The notes under the pieces are model-generated. The model had not been told where the DNA came from. It was given only the letters and a program-made list of their open reading frames with translations, and ran no database searches. Shown one piece after another: positions 52,504 through 64,000 of a stretch of DNA of 64,000 nt (position 1 is the stretch's first letter; every line of letters starts with the position of its first letter). The stretch comes from Paramoeba atlantica. Its lineage: Eukaryota; Protista; Discosea. The position numbers and the translations under genes are program-made. The stretch is taken from NCBI GenBank assembly GCA_977017575.1, contig CDRNVI010000182.1:1-64000 (forward strand), given 5' to 3'.

Positions 52504-55130
52504 TTAATAAGTAACATTTCTTAAAAAATGAATACTTTTCAAAAGGTTAATACTTCTCAAAAGGTTAACACTTCTCAAAAGGTTAACACTTTTCAAAAGG
52601 TTAACACTTTTCAAAAGGTTAACACTTTTCAAAAAGTTAACACTTTTTAAAAGATTAACACTTTTCAAAAAGTTAACACTTCTCAAAAGGTTAACACTTT
52701 TCAAAAAGTTAACACTTCTCAAAAGGTTAACACTTCTCAAAAGATTAACACTTTTCAAAAGGTTAACACTTCTCAAAAGGTTAACACTTTTCAAAAAGTT
52801 AACACTTCTCAAAAGGTTAACACTTCTCAAAAGGTTAACACTTTTCAAAAAGTTAACACTTCTCAAAAGGTTAACACTTTTCAAAAGGTTAACACTTTTC
52901 AAAAGGGTAACACTTCTCAAAAGGTTAATACTTTTCAAAAGGTTAACACTTCTCAAAAGGTTAACACTTCTTAAAAGGTTAACACTTTTCAAAAGGTTAA
53001 CACTTTTCAAAAGGTTAACACTTTTCAAAAGGTTAACACTTCTCAAAAAATTAACACTTTTCAAAAGATTAACACTTCTCAAAAAGTTAACACTTCTCAA
53101 AAGGTTAACACTTCTTAAAAGGTTAACACTTCTCAAAAGGTTAACACTTCTTAAAAGGTTAACACTTTTCAAAAGGTTAACACTTCTTAAAAGGTTAACA
53201 CTTTTCAAAAGGTTAACACTTTTCAAAAGGTTAACACTTCTTAAAAGGTTAACACTTCTTAAAAGGTTAACACTTTTCAAAAGGTTAACACTTCTCAAAA
53301 GATTAACACTTTTCAAAAGGTTAACACTTCTCAAAAGGTTAACACTTCTTAAAAGGTTAACACTTTTCAAAAGGTTAACACTTCTCAAAAGGTTAACACT
53401 TTTTAAAAGGTTAACACTTCTTAAAAGGTTAACACTTTTCAAAAGGTTAACACTTTTCAAAAGATTAACACTTTTCAAAAGGTTAACACTTCTTAAAAGG
53501 TTAACACTTCTTAAAAGGTTAACACTTTTCAAAAGGTTAACACTTCTCAAAAGATTAATACTTTTCAAAAGGTTAACACTTCTTAAAAGGTTAACACTTC
53601 TTAAAAGGTTAACACTTCTTAAAAGGTTAACATTTTTCAAAAGGTTAACACTTTTCAAAAGGTTAACACTTCTCAAAAGGTTAACACTTCTCAAAAGGTT
53701 AACACTTTTCAAAAGGTTAACACTTTTCAAAAGGTTAACACTTCTCAAAAGGTTAACACTTCTTAAAAGGTTAACACTTTTCAAAAGGTTAACACTTCTC
53801 AAAAAGTTAACACTTTTCAAAAGGTTAACACTTTTTAAAAGGTTAACACTTCTCAAAAGGTTAACACTTCTTAAAAGGTTAACACTTCTTAAAAAGTTAA
53901 CACTTTTCAAAAGGTTAACACTTTTCAAAAGATTAACACTTTTCAAAAGGTTAACACTTTTCAAAAAGTTAACACTTTTCAAAAGGTTAACACTTTTCAA
54001 AAGGTTAACACTTTTCAAAAGGTTAACACTTTTCAAAAGGTTAACACTTCTCAAAAGGTTAATACTTTTCAAAAGGTTAACACTTCTCAAAAGGTTAACA
54101 CTTTTCAAAAGGTTAACACTTCTCAAAAGGTTAACACTTCTCAAAAGGTTAACATTTCTTAAAAGGTTAACACTTTTCAAAAGGTTAACACTTTTCAAAA
54201 GGTTAACACTTCTCAAAAGGTTAACATTTTTCAAAAGGTTAATACTTTTCAAAAGGTTAACACTTTTCAAAAGATTAACATTTTTCAAAAGGTTAACACT
54301 TCTTAAAAGGTTAACACTTTTCAAAAGGTTAACACTTCTCAAAAGGTTAACACTTCTCAAAAGGTTAACACTTTTCAAAAGGTTAACACTTTTCAAAAGG
54401 TTAACACTTTTCAAAAGGTTAACACTTTTCAAAAGGTTAACACTTTTCAAAAGGTTAACACTTTTCAAAAAGTTAACACTTTTCAAAAGATTAACACTTT
54501 TCAAAAAGTTAACACTTTTCAAAAGGTTAACACTTCTCAAAAGGTTAACACTTCTTAAAAGGTTAACACTTTTCAAAAGGTTAACACTTCTCAAAAGGTT
54601 AACACTTCTCAAAAGGTTAACACTTCTCAAAAGGTTAACACTTCTCAAAAGATTAACACTTTTCAAAAAGTTAATACTTCTCAAAAGGTTAACACTTCTC
54701 AAAAGGTTAACACTTTTCAAAAAGTTAACACTTTTCAAAAGGTTAACACTTCTCAAAAGGTTAACACTTCTTAAAAAGTTAACACTTTTCAAAAGGTTAA
54801 CACTTTTCAAAAGGTTAACACTTCTCAAAAGGTTAACACTTTTCAAAAAGTTAACACTTCTCAAAAGGTTAACACTTTTCAAAAAATTAACACTTTTCAA
54901 AAAGTTAACACTTTTCAAAAGATTAACACTTCTTAAAAGGTTAACACTTTTCAAAAGGTTAACACTTTTCAAAAGGTTAACACTTCTCAAAAGGTTAACA
55001 CTTTTCAAAAAGTTAACACTTCTCAAAAAATTAACACTTTTCAAAAAGTTAACACTTCTCAAAAGGTTAACATTTCTTAAAAAATTAATATTTTTTAAAA
55101 AATAAATATTTCTCAAAAAATTAATACTTT
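52504..55130. repeat. Minisatellite, ~145 x 18 bp, consensus AAAAGGTTAACACTT(C/T)TC
   Basis: Uniform 18-bp period; variants almost all C/T or G/A. Confidence 0.97.
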
Positions 55131-55335
55131 TTAATCAATTAACATTTTTAATTTTTTTTTAAGATATTTTTTTTGAGAAAGAAAAAGAAATTTTTATAAA
55201 AACCATATAAGGAAATGTATAAATAAAGAAATTTTATTTATACAAATAAAGAATTTTATTTCAAAAAATTGGGTCTATTTTCAAAATTTTTAATTTTTGG
55301 TTTATTTTTTGGTTTCCACTTTTCTAAATTGAAAG

Positions 55336-57613
55336 ATGTTTAATTCTTCTTTACTTTCCTTTGATGTTAGACCATCAAGCTTTCCAGTTTTGTTTTATTC
55401 TTAAAGTTATTATTTTTTTTCAATCAATCTTATCTTTTTTTGAATAGACAATTGCTTCTCAAAGTATTCAAAAGATTCTTCATGAAAAAGTTGGAAAAGA
55501 AAAGAATACTATCAAACAAATCATTTCTGATTTATCATTTCATTCTTATATTGGAATGAATACAGTATTTATTTTTTTTTATTTTTTTTTTTTTTAAAAA
55601 AAAAATTAAAAATGAATTTTAAAAATAGATTTCTCCATTTACAGCTGAATATGATAGAGAAACTGTTCAATCAAATTATATGGAAAAATGGCAAATACAT
55701 CCTCTTTTTCAAAACTTTTTTAGTTTTCGGTAAGAAAAATGTTTATTTCTTTATTTCTTTTTAAATTAATTTTTATTTTTTTTTTAAAATAGAAATACAT
55801 CACCCAAAAAAGAAACTTATTTGAATACTACAATTTTGCTTGCTGATTTGCGAAGATTTTTTCAAATTGATACTATTGTTTTATTTGATAATCTTCAATA
55901 TGAAGTTGCATTACATTTAGAAATGAGTTTAGAAAAAGAGAGTTCTTCTTCAAATATTGTAAGTTTTTTTTTAAAAAATATTTTTTTTTAACTTTTTTTT
56001 TAAAAAAAAAATTATTTTTTTTAGATCAACAAATTTATAAAAAGAACTGATAAACTTGCTTCTGTGTATTTATCTTTCGTTGGATTAAAAGCAACTCGTG
56101 AATATATTCCTCTTCTTTTAGAAAATCAACTACTTCAAATACATTCTAAAAGAGTAAGACCACAAAATACTACTTCTCCACTTCCATTTCAACAACAAGA
56201 CTATTTCTTTTTTTCTCAAAGTCTTCTTAAAACTCCTCAACAAATGAGAAATATTTACAAACAAGCAATTGATTGGATTGGAATTCCTCAATCTTTTGAA
56301 TTAAGTATTCGGATAAAACAACAAGGTCCAAGAAAAATTATTCAAATTCGAAATATTACTGGTTTGAAATATTGTCAATCTTTTCTTGAACTTTTAATTC
56401 TTTTTGAAACTTATTATGATAAGTCAAGTTTGTTTTTTTTTATTATTATTATTATTATTTAATATTTTTTTAATTAAAAAAAATAGTTTCTTTATCTTCT
56501 CTAAAAAAACAATTTCAACAAAATTTAAGAGAAGCTAAAAAAAAAAATTATCAAAAATTACATAAAGGTTTTTTTTTATTTAAATTTTTAATTTTTACAT
56601 AATATTAATTAAAAAAATATATAGAGAAGGATTCTATTATATTTAATTCTTCTTCTTTTTCTACTCCTCCTTCTACTCCTCCTTCTATTTTACTTTCTAC
56701 TCCTTCTTCTACTCCTCCTTCTACTCCTCTTTTTACTCTTCCTTCTATTTTTCCTTCTACTCCTCCTTTTTTAAGTTTAACTTCATCTTTTTCTCCTTTT
56801 ACTCATATTTCTGAAACTTCTGAATCTCAAATTTTATCTTCTTCTTTTTTTCCTTTTCCTTCTTCTTCTCTTTCTTCTTTTTCTTCTCCTTCTCCTTCTC
56901 CTTCTCCTCTTTCTTCTCTTTCTCTTTCTCCTTCTCTTTCTCTTTCTCCTTCTTCTTCTCTTTTTCCTTCTTCTTCTTCTTCTCCTTCTCCTCTTTCTTC
57001 TCCTTCTCCTTCTCCTTCTCCTTCTTCTTCTCCTTCTCCTTCTCCTTCTCCTTCTCCTTCTCCTTCTTCTTCTCCTTCTCCTTCTCCTTCTCCTTCTCCT
57101 TCTCCTTCTTCTTCTCTTTTTCTTTCTTCTTTTTCTTCTTCTTCTCTTTCTTCTTCTCCTTCTCCTTCTCTTTCTTCTCCTTCTTCTTTTTCTTCTTCTT
57201 CTTCTCTTTCTTCTTCTCCTCTTTCTTCTCTTCTTCTTTCTCTTTCTCCTCCTCCTCCTCCTCCTCCTCCTCCTCCTTCTTCTCCTTCTTCTTTTTCTTC
57301 TTCTTTTCCTTCTTCTTTTTCTTCTTCTTCTTTTATTGTGTTAAATCATTCTTCTTGTTGGATTTGTAATCCTTCTTTAATAGAAAATGTGATTTTATCT
57401 CAATTACAAGAAAAAAAAGAAAAAGTTATATTAAGTCTTCATTTTATTCTTCAACATCAATGGTCTGCTCGAAAAGCTGTAAAAAATATTAAAGGTTGTT
57501 CAAATGTCACTCTTTCAAACCATTTAAAGAAATGGAAAGATGGTACATTTAATATATCTTCAATTTCTTCAACAAATGGAAGACCTTTAAAGAGAAAAAG
57601 AAATGAAGAATGA
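55336..57613 (+). CDS. Intact 7-exon gene, 635 aa: unknown N-terminal region, Ser/Pro-rich linker, C-terminal HTH-like/GRP/NLS segment
   Basis: Exons 55336-55386, 55448-55564, 55629-55729, 55793-55958, 56025-56427, 56487-56567, 56625-57613; six GT-AG introns of 57-66 nt; 1908 nt with no internal stop; AATAAA at 57669. Exon 1 is the least certain. Confidence 0.8.
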
Positions 57614-57739
57614 AGTAAGAGTTTTAAGTGAATCTTTATTTTTGTTTTGTAATCCTTTGGTTGATTGAAATAAAGAATGTTTTTTTTTCATTTTGTTTAG
57701 TATATATTTTCTTTCTTTTTATTTTTATTTTTTTTAAAT

Positions 57740-57755
57740 CTTCGAGCGCTTGGCT

Positions 57756-57798
<43 letters not shown>

Positions 57799-58233
57799 AG
57801 ATTGAAATCTCCAAAAAAACTAAAGGATCGATAGGCCATGCTTTCACAGTTTGTATTCGTACTGAAAATCAAAATCAAATGAGCTTTTCGCCTTTTCGTC
57901 TACAAGAGATTTCTGTTCTCTTTGAGCTCATCTTAGGACACCTGCGCTATTATTTCACAGATGTGCCGCCCCAGCCAAACTCCCCACCTGAGAATGTCTT
58001 TAAACACAAGATCAGGGATAAAGAGGTGAAAAACTCGTATCCTTTAAACGAGAAAGAATAAAAGTTTCTTACATTTATAAAATCCCCTTGAATTTTAGAA
58101 AGGTTGATAGGTTTCCCTATCAGGTTCTTTACAATTAAATGAGTAAAATATCGTCCAGGGTAGTGGTATTTCAAGATCGGAGTTTAACCCCCTCCCACTT
58201 ATTCTACACCCCTGAAGACATTTCACAATCTCA

Positions 58234-58271
<38 letters not shown>

Positions 58272-58357
58272 GATTCTGCCAAGCCCGTTCCCTTGGCTGT
58301 TGTTTCGCTAGATAGCAGATAGGGACAGTGGGAATCTCGTTAATCCATTCATGCGCA

Positions 58358-58430
<73 letters not shown>

Positions 58431-58446
58431 GTCGAATTTCTTCACT

Positions 58447-58485
<39 letters not shown>

Positions 58486-59828
58486 ACACTGTTTTCCAGC
58501 CATCACAATGCTTTGTTTTAATTAAACAGTCAGATTCCCCTTGACCGTATCAGTTCTTAGTTAGTTGTTAAATGTTAATAAGAGTCTTAATAAACTGAAA
58601 AGTTGCCAATCCAAACTAAAAAGAGGTCTTATAAATCTTATTTAAACAAAAATAAAAACTCCACAGTCAACCATTTTTTCGGTTACCCTAATCAAACAGT
58701 CGACCGTAGCTTTTAAATCCTCGTAAAAACTTAATCTACAAGCTTACTAACTCAACCCTAAGAGCCAATCTTTATCCCGAAGTTACAGATCTATTTTGCC
58801 GACTTCCCTTACCTGCATTATTCTAATATAACCAGAGGCTTTTCACCTTAGAGACCTGCGGCGGTTATGAGTACGACTAAGTGAGAAAATGATTCTTTCC
58901 CTTCGAGTTTCAAGGATCTTTAAGAACGCACCGGACATTTTAAAAAATTAAAATGCTTTATTAGATTTTTAACCTGTTCTCTAGATAATCTAATTCCCAG
59001 GTCATTGAGCGTTTTTCAGCTTTTTTGACAAATCTATTAAAAAGAAAAGAGAACTCTTTCCAGGGTTCTTACTGATGCATATCGAAGTTCAGTTAACGTT
59101 ACCATAAAAATATCCTCATCTTAGTATAGGAATATTAACCTATTTCCCTTTCGATAGAATTGGGGTTTTAAAATAATTTAACCGAAATCAAACTAAATCA
59201 AAAATGACCCACTTTAAAACAGAATTAACCTATCTCTTAGGATCGACTAACCCGTATCCAAATACTGTTCATACGGAACCTTTCTCTGCTTCGGCCTTCA
59301 AGGATCTCACTTGAATATTTGCTACTACAACCAAGATCTGCACTAAAGTTTATTTCACCCAAGCTCACGCTCATAGGCTTCATAATAAACTTCACGCCCT
59401 CCTACTCTTCTTACTGTAATATGGTGTTTTGGTAAGAAGGTTGAGTATAAGTAATACACTTAAGCGTCATCCATTTTCAGGGCTAGTTGATTCGGAAGGT
59501 GAGTTGTTACACACTCCTTAGCGGATTCCGACTTCCATGGCCACCGTCCTTCTGTCTATATCAACCAACACCTTTTCTGGTATCTATATGAGTGTATATT
59601 CTGACACTTTAACTCAACGTTCGGTTCATCCCACATCGCCAGTCCTGCTTACCAGGAATGGCCCACTAGGAGTTAGCCATTCAAAAAAAAAGTTCAATAA
59701 AAAAATATGTTTAAGCAACTCTAATTTCATGCCTATTTAAAGTTTGAGAATAGGTTGAGGAAGTTTCTTCCCCAGGACCTCTAATCATTCGCTTTACCAG
59801 ACATAACTGTCTTTTGTTATTAACTCCT

Positions 59829-59878
<50 letters not shown>

Positions 59879-61075
59879 AGTCTTTTGCCCCTATAGGCAA
59901 GTTTGACGAGCGATTTGCACGTCAGCATCGCTTCAAGCTTCCATCAGAGTTTCCCCTGACTTCACTCTACTCACCCATAGTTCACCATCTTTCGGGTCCC
60001 AACATATATGCTCTTACTCAAATCTTTCAAAATAAATTTATTCAGATCGGTCAATGGTGCTAAATGCAAAGTCGTTAAAACTCAACATTTTCCCACTTAA
60101 AGTAAACCACAAAGGATTCACTCTTTACTTTCATTTTGCATCCAAAAGTTTTAAAACACTTTCATACTCGCATATTTGTTAGACTCCTTGGTCCGTGTTT
60201 CAAGACGGGTCGGTTAAAACCATTTTGTTAATATCCTTTGATAAACTCTTTTCACATTCAATTAATAACTTTATTAAATATTTAGAAGGTTTCCTTTTAA
60301 ATACCCAAATAAAATCACTAAAAACATAATCCAAATTTATCAAAAATTATTACCTTAATCAATTAAGTTTGAGACAATTCCAAAGTGATATTGATTAAAA
60401 GTTTAAATTCTTTTAACACCTTTCACAGAATGCATTTCAAACATTTCTTATTAATTAATATTAACCTATTTAGCAGATTTGAGTACATTTTTTATTATCT
60501 TGAATCCAGATTATGACTTCAATCATAAAAAGATTAATAGTAAACATAATCCATCATCTTAATAATCAAAATGGAACAAACCACTAAATACTTTTATAAT
60601 TAAATATAAAATTATAGACTGGTTTTAAACGGTTCCCTTTTAACAATTTCAAGTACTTTTCACTCTCTTTTCAAAGTTCTTTTCTTCTTTCGTTCACACT
60701 ACTTGTTCGCTATCGGTTTCTCGTCCATATTTAGCGTTACGTGAGATTTACCACGCATTTTAGGCTGCAATCTCAAACAACCCGACTCTAAGAAACAATA
60801 ATACGTAAATGACATTAAAAGCTTAAAGAAATTGAGTTAAACGGGACTGTCACCCTCTATGGTGGGCTATTCCAAGCCACTTTAATTTCTGCAAATGTCC
60901 GTAAAATATTGCTTCCCAAAATTACAATTCGGAGAGAATATTTAAACCTCTCAGATTTCAAATTTACGCTGATCCCGGTTCACTCGCCGTTACTAAGGGA
61001 ATCCTAGTTAGTTTCTTTTCCTCCGCTTATTAATATACTTAAATTCAGCGGGTAATCTTATTTAATTTGAGGTCA
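57740..61075 (-). rRNA. 28S rRNA copy 2, 5' segment
   Basis: Conserved LSU motifs from the TGACCTCAAA 5' end to helix 89. Confidence 0.95.
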
Positions 61076-61395
61076 TCAATCAAAAAAGAAAGAATGAACT
61101 AAAAAAAGAGAATAAAATTGAATTTGAAAATACATTTTATTTCAATTTTGAAAAAAAGAAAAATAATAAATAAAGATATTTATTATTTTTTACTATTTTT
61201 TCAAAAAAAAAATAGAATTGAATTTGAAATTCGATTAATTTTTTTTCTTTTTTTTAGTATCTTTTTACTTTTTCAAGATTTGGTATTATTTTTAAGAAAG
61301 TATTGCATTTTCAATGAAGAAAAGATAGAAAATAGTTTCTCAATAAAATCTCTTTTTTGTAAAAAATAAATTTTAAAAAAAGATAAAGAATAAAA

Positions 61396-61551
61396 TGACA
61401 CTCAAATAAATATACTCTTAGGATAAAACCTAAAAGTGCAATATGCGTTCAAAGATTCGATGATTCACTGAGTTCTGCAATTCACATTACGTATTGCATT
61501 TTGCTGCGTTCTTCATCGTTACGAGAACCAAGATATCCATTGTTAAAAGTT
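61396..61551 (-). rRNA. 5.8S rRNA copy 2
   Basis: Homologous to 3422-3577; CpG>TpG change in the conserved TATCGCATTT motif. Confidence 0.95.
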
Positions 61552-61758
61552 GTTTTTTATTTTTGTTGTTTTGTTTTATTTTCATTTTAATTTTTATCAA
61601 ATGAATTTTGAACATTTTTTGATACAATTAAAATACCAAAAAAAAGTTTAAATAACAATAAAAACATGTTAAAATACATTTTAAAAAGTTTAAACACATT
61701 TTCACTTTTTCAAAATAAGTTATTGAAAAGAAAAAGAAGATTAATAAAGTAATAATAT

Positions 61759-61918
61759 TAATGATCCATCTGCAGGTTCACCTACGGATACCTTGTTACG
61801 ACTTTTGCTTCTTTTAGTTGGCAAGGTTTACTCAAATTCTCAAAAACAAACTTATTAACCGAAATCAATAAGTAACTGCTTCTAATCCTAAGATTTCACC
61901 AGACCAACCATCAGTAGC

Positions 61919-61953
<35 letters not shown>

Positions 61954-62513
61954 ATCAGCACAAGCTGTTGACTTGTGCTTACTAGGAATTCCTCGTTCAC
62001 GATAAATAATTGCAAGTATCGATCCCCAGCACGATACAATTTCAAAAGTTTACCCAAAATGCTAACCTCGTAAAAGGTCAGCGTGACTTTTCAGCCAAGG
62101 CCTTTTGTACTTGTTGATTGTATCAGTGTAGCGCGCGTGCAGCCCAGAACATCTAAAGGGCATCACAGACCTGTTATTGCCTCAAACTTCCCTTGGTTAA
62201 ACACCAAGTGTCCCTCTAAGAAGTTTAAAGGAATAAATCCTTTTTAATATCAATAAAAACGAGTTTTCTTAGCAAACAAATTAAGCGTTAACAAAATCCA
62301 TTTAACTAAAAACCCTCATAAATGTTATTATTAATACAACTAATTAGTAGGCTGAGGTCTCGTTCGTTATCGGAATTAACCAGACAAATCACTCCACCAA
62401 CTAAGAACGGCCATGCACCACCACCCACAGAATCAAGAAAGAGCTCTCAATCTGTCAATCCTAACTGTGTCTGGACCTGGTAAGTTTTCCCGTGTTGAGT
62501 CAAATTAAGCCGC

Positions 62514-62582
<69 letters not shown>

Positions 62583-63864
62583 AGAACCCAAAAACTTACT
62601 GATTTCTCGTAAAAAGGTACTGGGAGAGTCATCTTTATTCAAAATAAAACGTCTTCCAACCTCTGGTCGGCATCGTTTATGGTTAAGACTACGACGGTAT
62701 CTGATCGTCTTCGATCCCCTAACTTTCGTTCTTGATTAATGAAAACATCTTTGACAAATGCTTTCGCAGAAGTTAGTCTTTCATAAATCCAAGAATTTCA
62801 CCTCTGACAATTAAATACTAATGCCCCCAACTATCCCTTTTAATCATTACATTAGTTCTAAAAAACCAATAAAATAGACCCAATGTCTTGTTCCATTATC
62901 CCATGCTAATAGTATTCATTGCAATTTTTTATAATTTTGCTTGCTTTGAACACTCTAATTTACTCAAAGTAAATGAATTAGAATTCTATTTATTAGTTTT
63001 ATTAATAAGCAGAACACAAACTCCAAAGAGAATTTATATCCACAATCTTACTAATAAAGGTCCAATAAACACTGATTCTCCCAAAAGAAAATCAAATTAT
63101 CACCCAATTAAGTGCAATAATGAATATCTAATAAAATATTTAGAGAATATAATTTAATAAAACACATATGAAAAACCATATGGATTAAATTATAAAACTC
63201 TCAAATCCAACTACGAGCTTTTTAACTGCAACAACTTTAATATATGCTATTGAAGCTGGAATTACCGCGGCTGCTGGCACCAGACTTGCCCTCCAATTGT
63301 TACTCGTTAAGGGGTTTAGATTGTACTCATTCCAATTACCAAATCAAAATAATGAATCGGTATTGTTATTTTTTGTCACTACCTCCCCGTGTCGGGATTG
63401 GGTAATTTGCGCGCCTGCTGCCTTCCTTGGAAGTAGTAGCCGTTTCTCAGGCTCTTTCTCCGGAATCAAACCCTAATTCTCCGTTACCCGTTACCACCAT
63501 GGTAGTCCTCTATACTACCATCGAAAGTTGATAGGGCAGAAATTTGAATGAACTATCGTCGGCACAAAAGGCCATACGATTCGTAAAGTTATCATGATTC
63601 ACCATATGTTAACCAACCCCGAAGGATTGCATTGGTTTTTGTATCTAATAAATACATCCCTTCTCTCAAAGGAGTCAGGATTTTATGCATGTATTAGCTC
63701 TAGATTTACCACGGTTATCCAAGTAGTAAAAAAAAGGACCATCAAATAAATTATAACTGATTTAATGAGCCATTCGCAGTTTCACAGTACAAGTGTTTAT
63801 ACTTAGACATGCATGGCTTAGTCTTTAAGACAAGCATATGACTACTGGCAGGATCAACCAGATA
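61759..63864 (-). rRNA. 18S rRNA copy 2 (5' ETS continues to the window end)
   Basis: TATCTGGTTGATCCTGCCAG to GGATCATTA; colinear with copy 1. Confidence 0.97.
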
Positions 63865-64000
63865 ACTATTTTTTTTCCAAAAAAAAAAGACTATTTTTTT
63901 CTTCTTCCCCCAATTGGAAAAAAGAAAAAGTAGCTTCGAAAAGAATTCAAAGTATTTCATCAATTTTTTGTTATCAAAAAATAAGTTTTTTGTTTTTCGT

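Larger units (their letters stand above)
51919..57739. mobile_element. 5,821-bp composite insertion in 28S helix 89 with 6-bp duplication
   Basis: CTTCGA at 51913-51918 and 57740-57745; removing the insert plus one copy restores GTCGC-N6-CGCTTGG, the canonical spacing. Confidence 0.9.

Noticed and set aside
52504-55116. 870-aa (K/R)SVN(L/F)L repeat ORF as a real protein
   Set aside because: It starts at TTG, has no Met, and has a TGA just upstream. None of its codons can reach a stop by C>T/G>A, so the open frame follows automatically from the 18-bp period. Only proteomics or ribosome profiling could revive it.
52504-55130. CRISPR array
   Set aside because: Repeats are contiguous with no unique spacers, there are no cas genes, and the context is eukaryotic.
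51919-57739. Group I or spliceosomal intron in 28S
   Set aside because: No register across the duplicated TCGAAG gives a U at the 5' exon end together with a terminal G, or GT-AG ends. No P/Q/R/S core was seen, and a TSD and SINE tail are present instead.

Overview
Chromosome end of an AT-rich eukaryote, tentatively an amoebozoan (a ~2.1-kb AT-rich 18S suggests Paramoebidae-like; a BLAST search is needed). About 81 (CCCTAAA)n repeats, a 105-nt structured insert and a short telomeric seed are joined to a 3'-truncated rDNA unit on the minus strand. A ~45-kb low-complexity interval follows. It holds tRNA-Lys, two 5S genes, a polyubiquitin, an Hsp70 pseudogene interrupted by a SINE-like element, a PB1-domain pseudogene, and decayed CRE-like, L1-like, hAT-like, piggyBac-like and IS5/ISL2-like elements. 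tRNA-Met and tRNA-His are damaged, and CpG-type decay is widespread. A second rDNA unit on the minus strand (51215-63864) has its 28S interrupted in helix 89 by a 5,821-bp insertion flanked by a 6-bp duplication (CTTCGA). This insertion is the most unusual feature. It carries a copy of the Hsp70 SINE that is heavily C>T/G>A hypermutated, a LINE remnant, ~145 quasi-palindromic 18-bp repeats, and an intact 7-exon, 635-aa gene ending in a Tc1-like helix-turn-helix/GRP/NLS motif. All alignments, translations and counts were done by eye.
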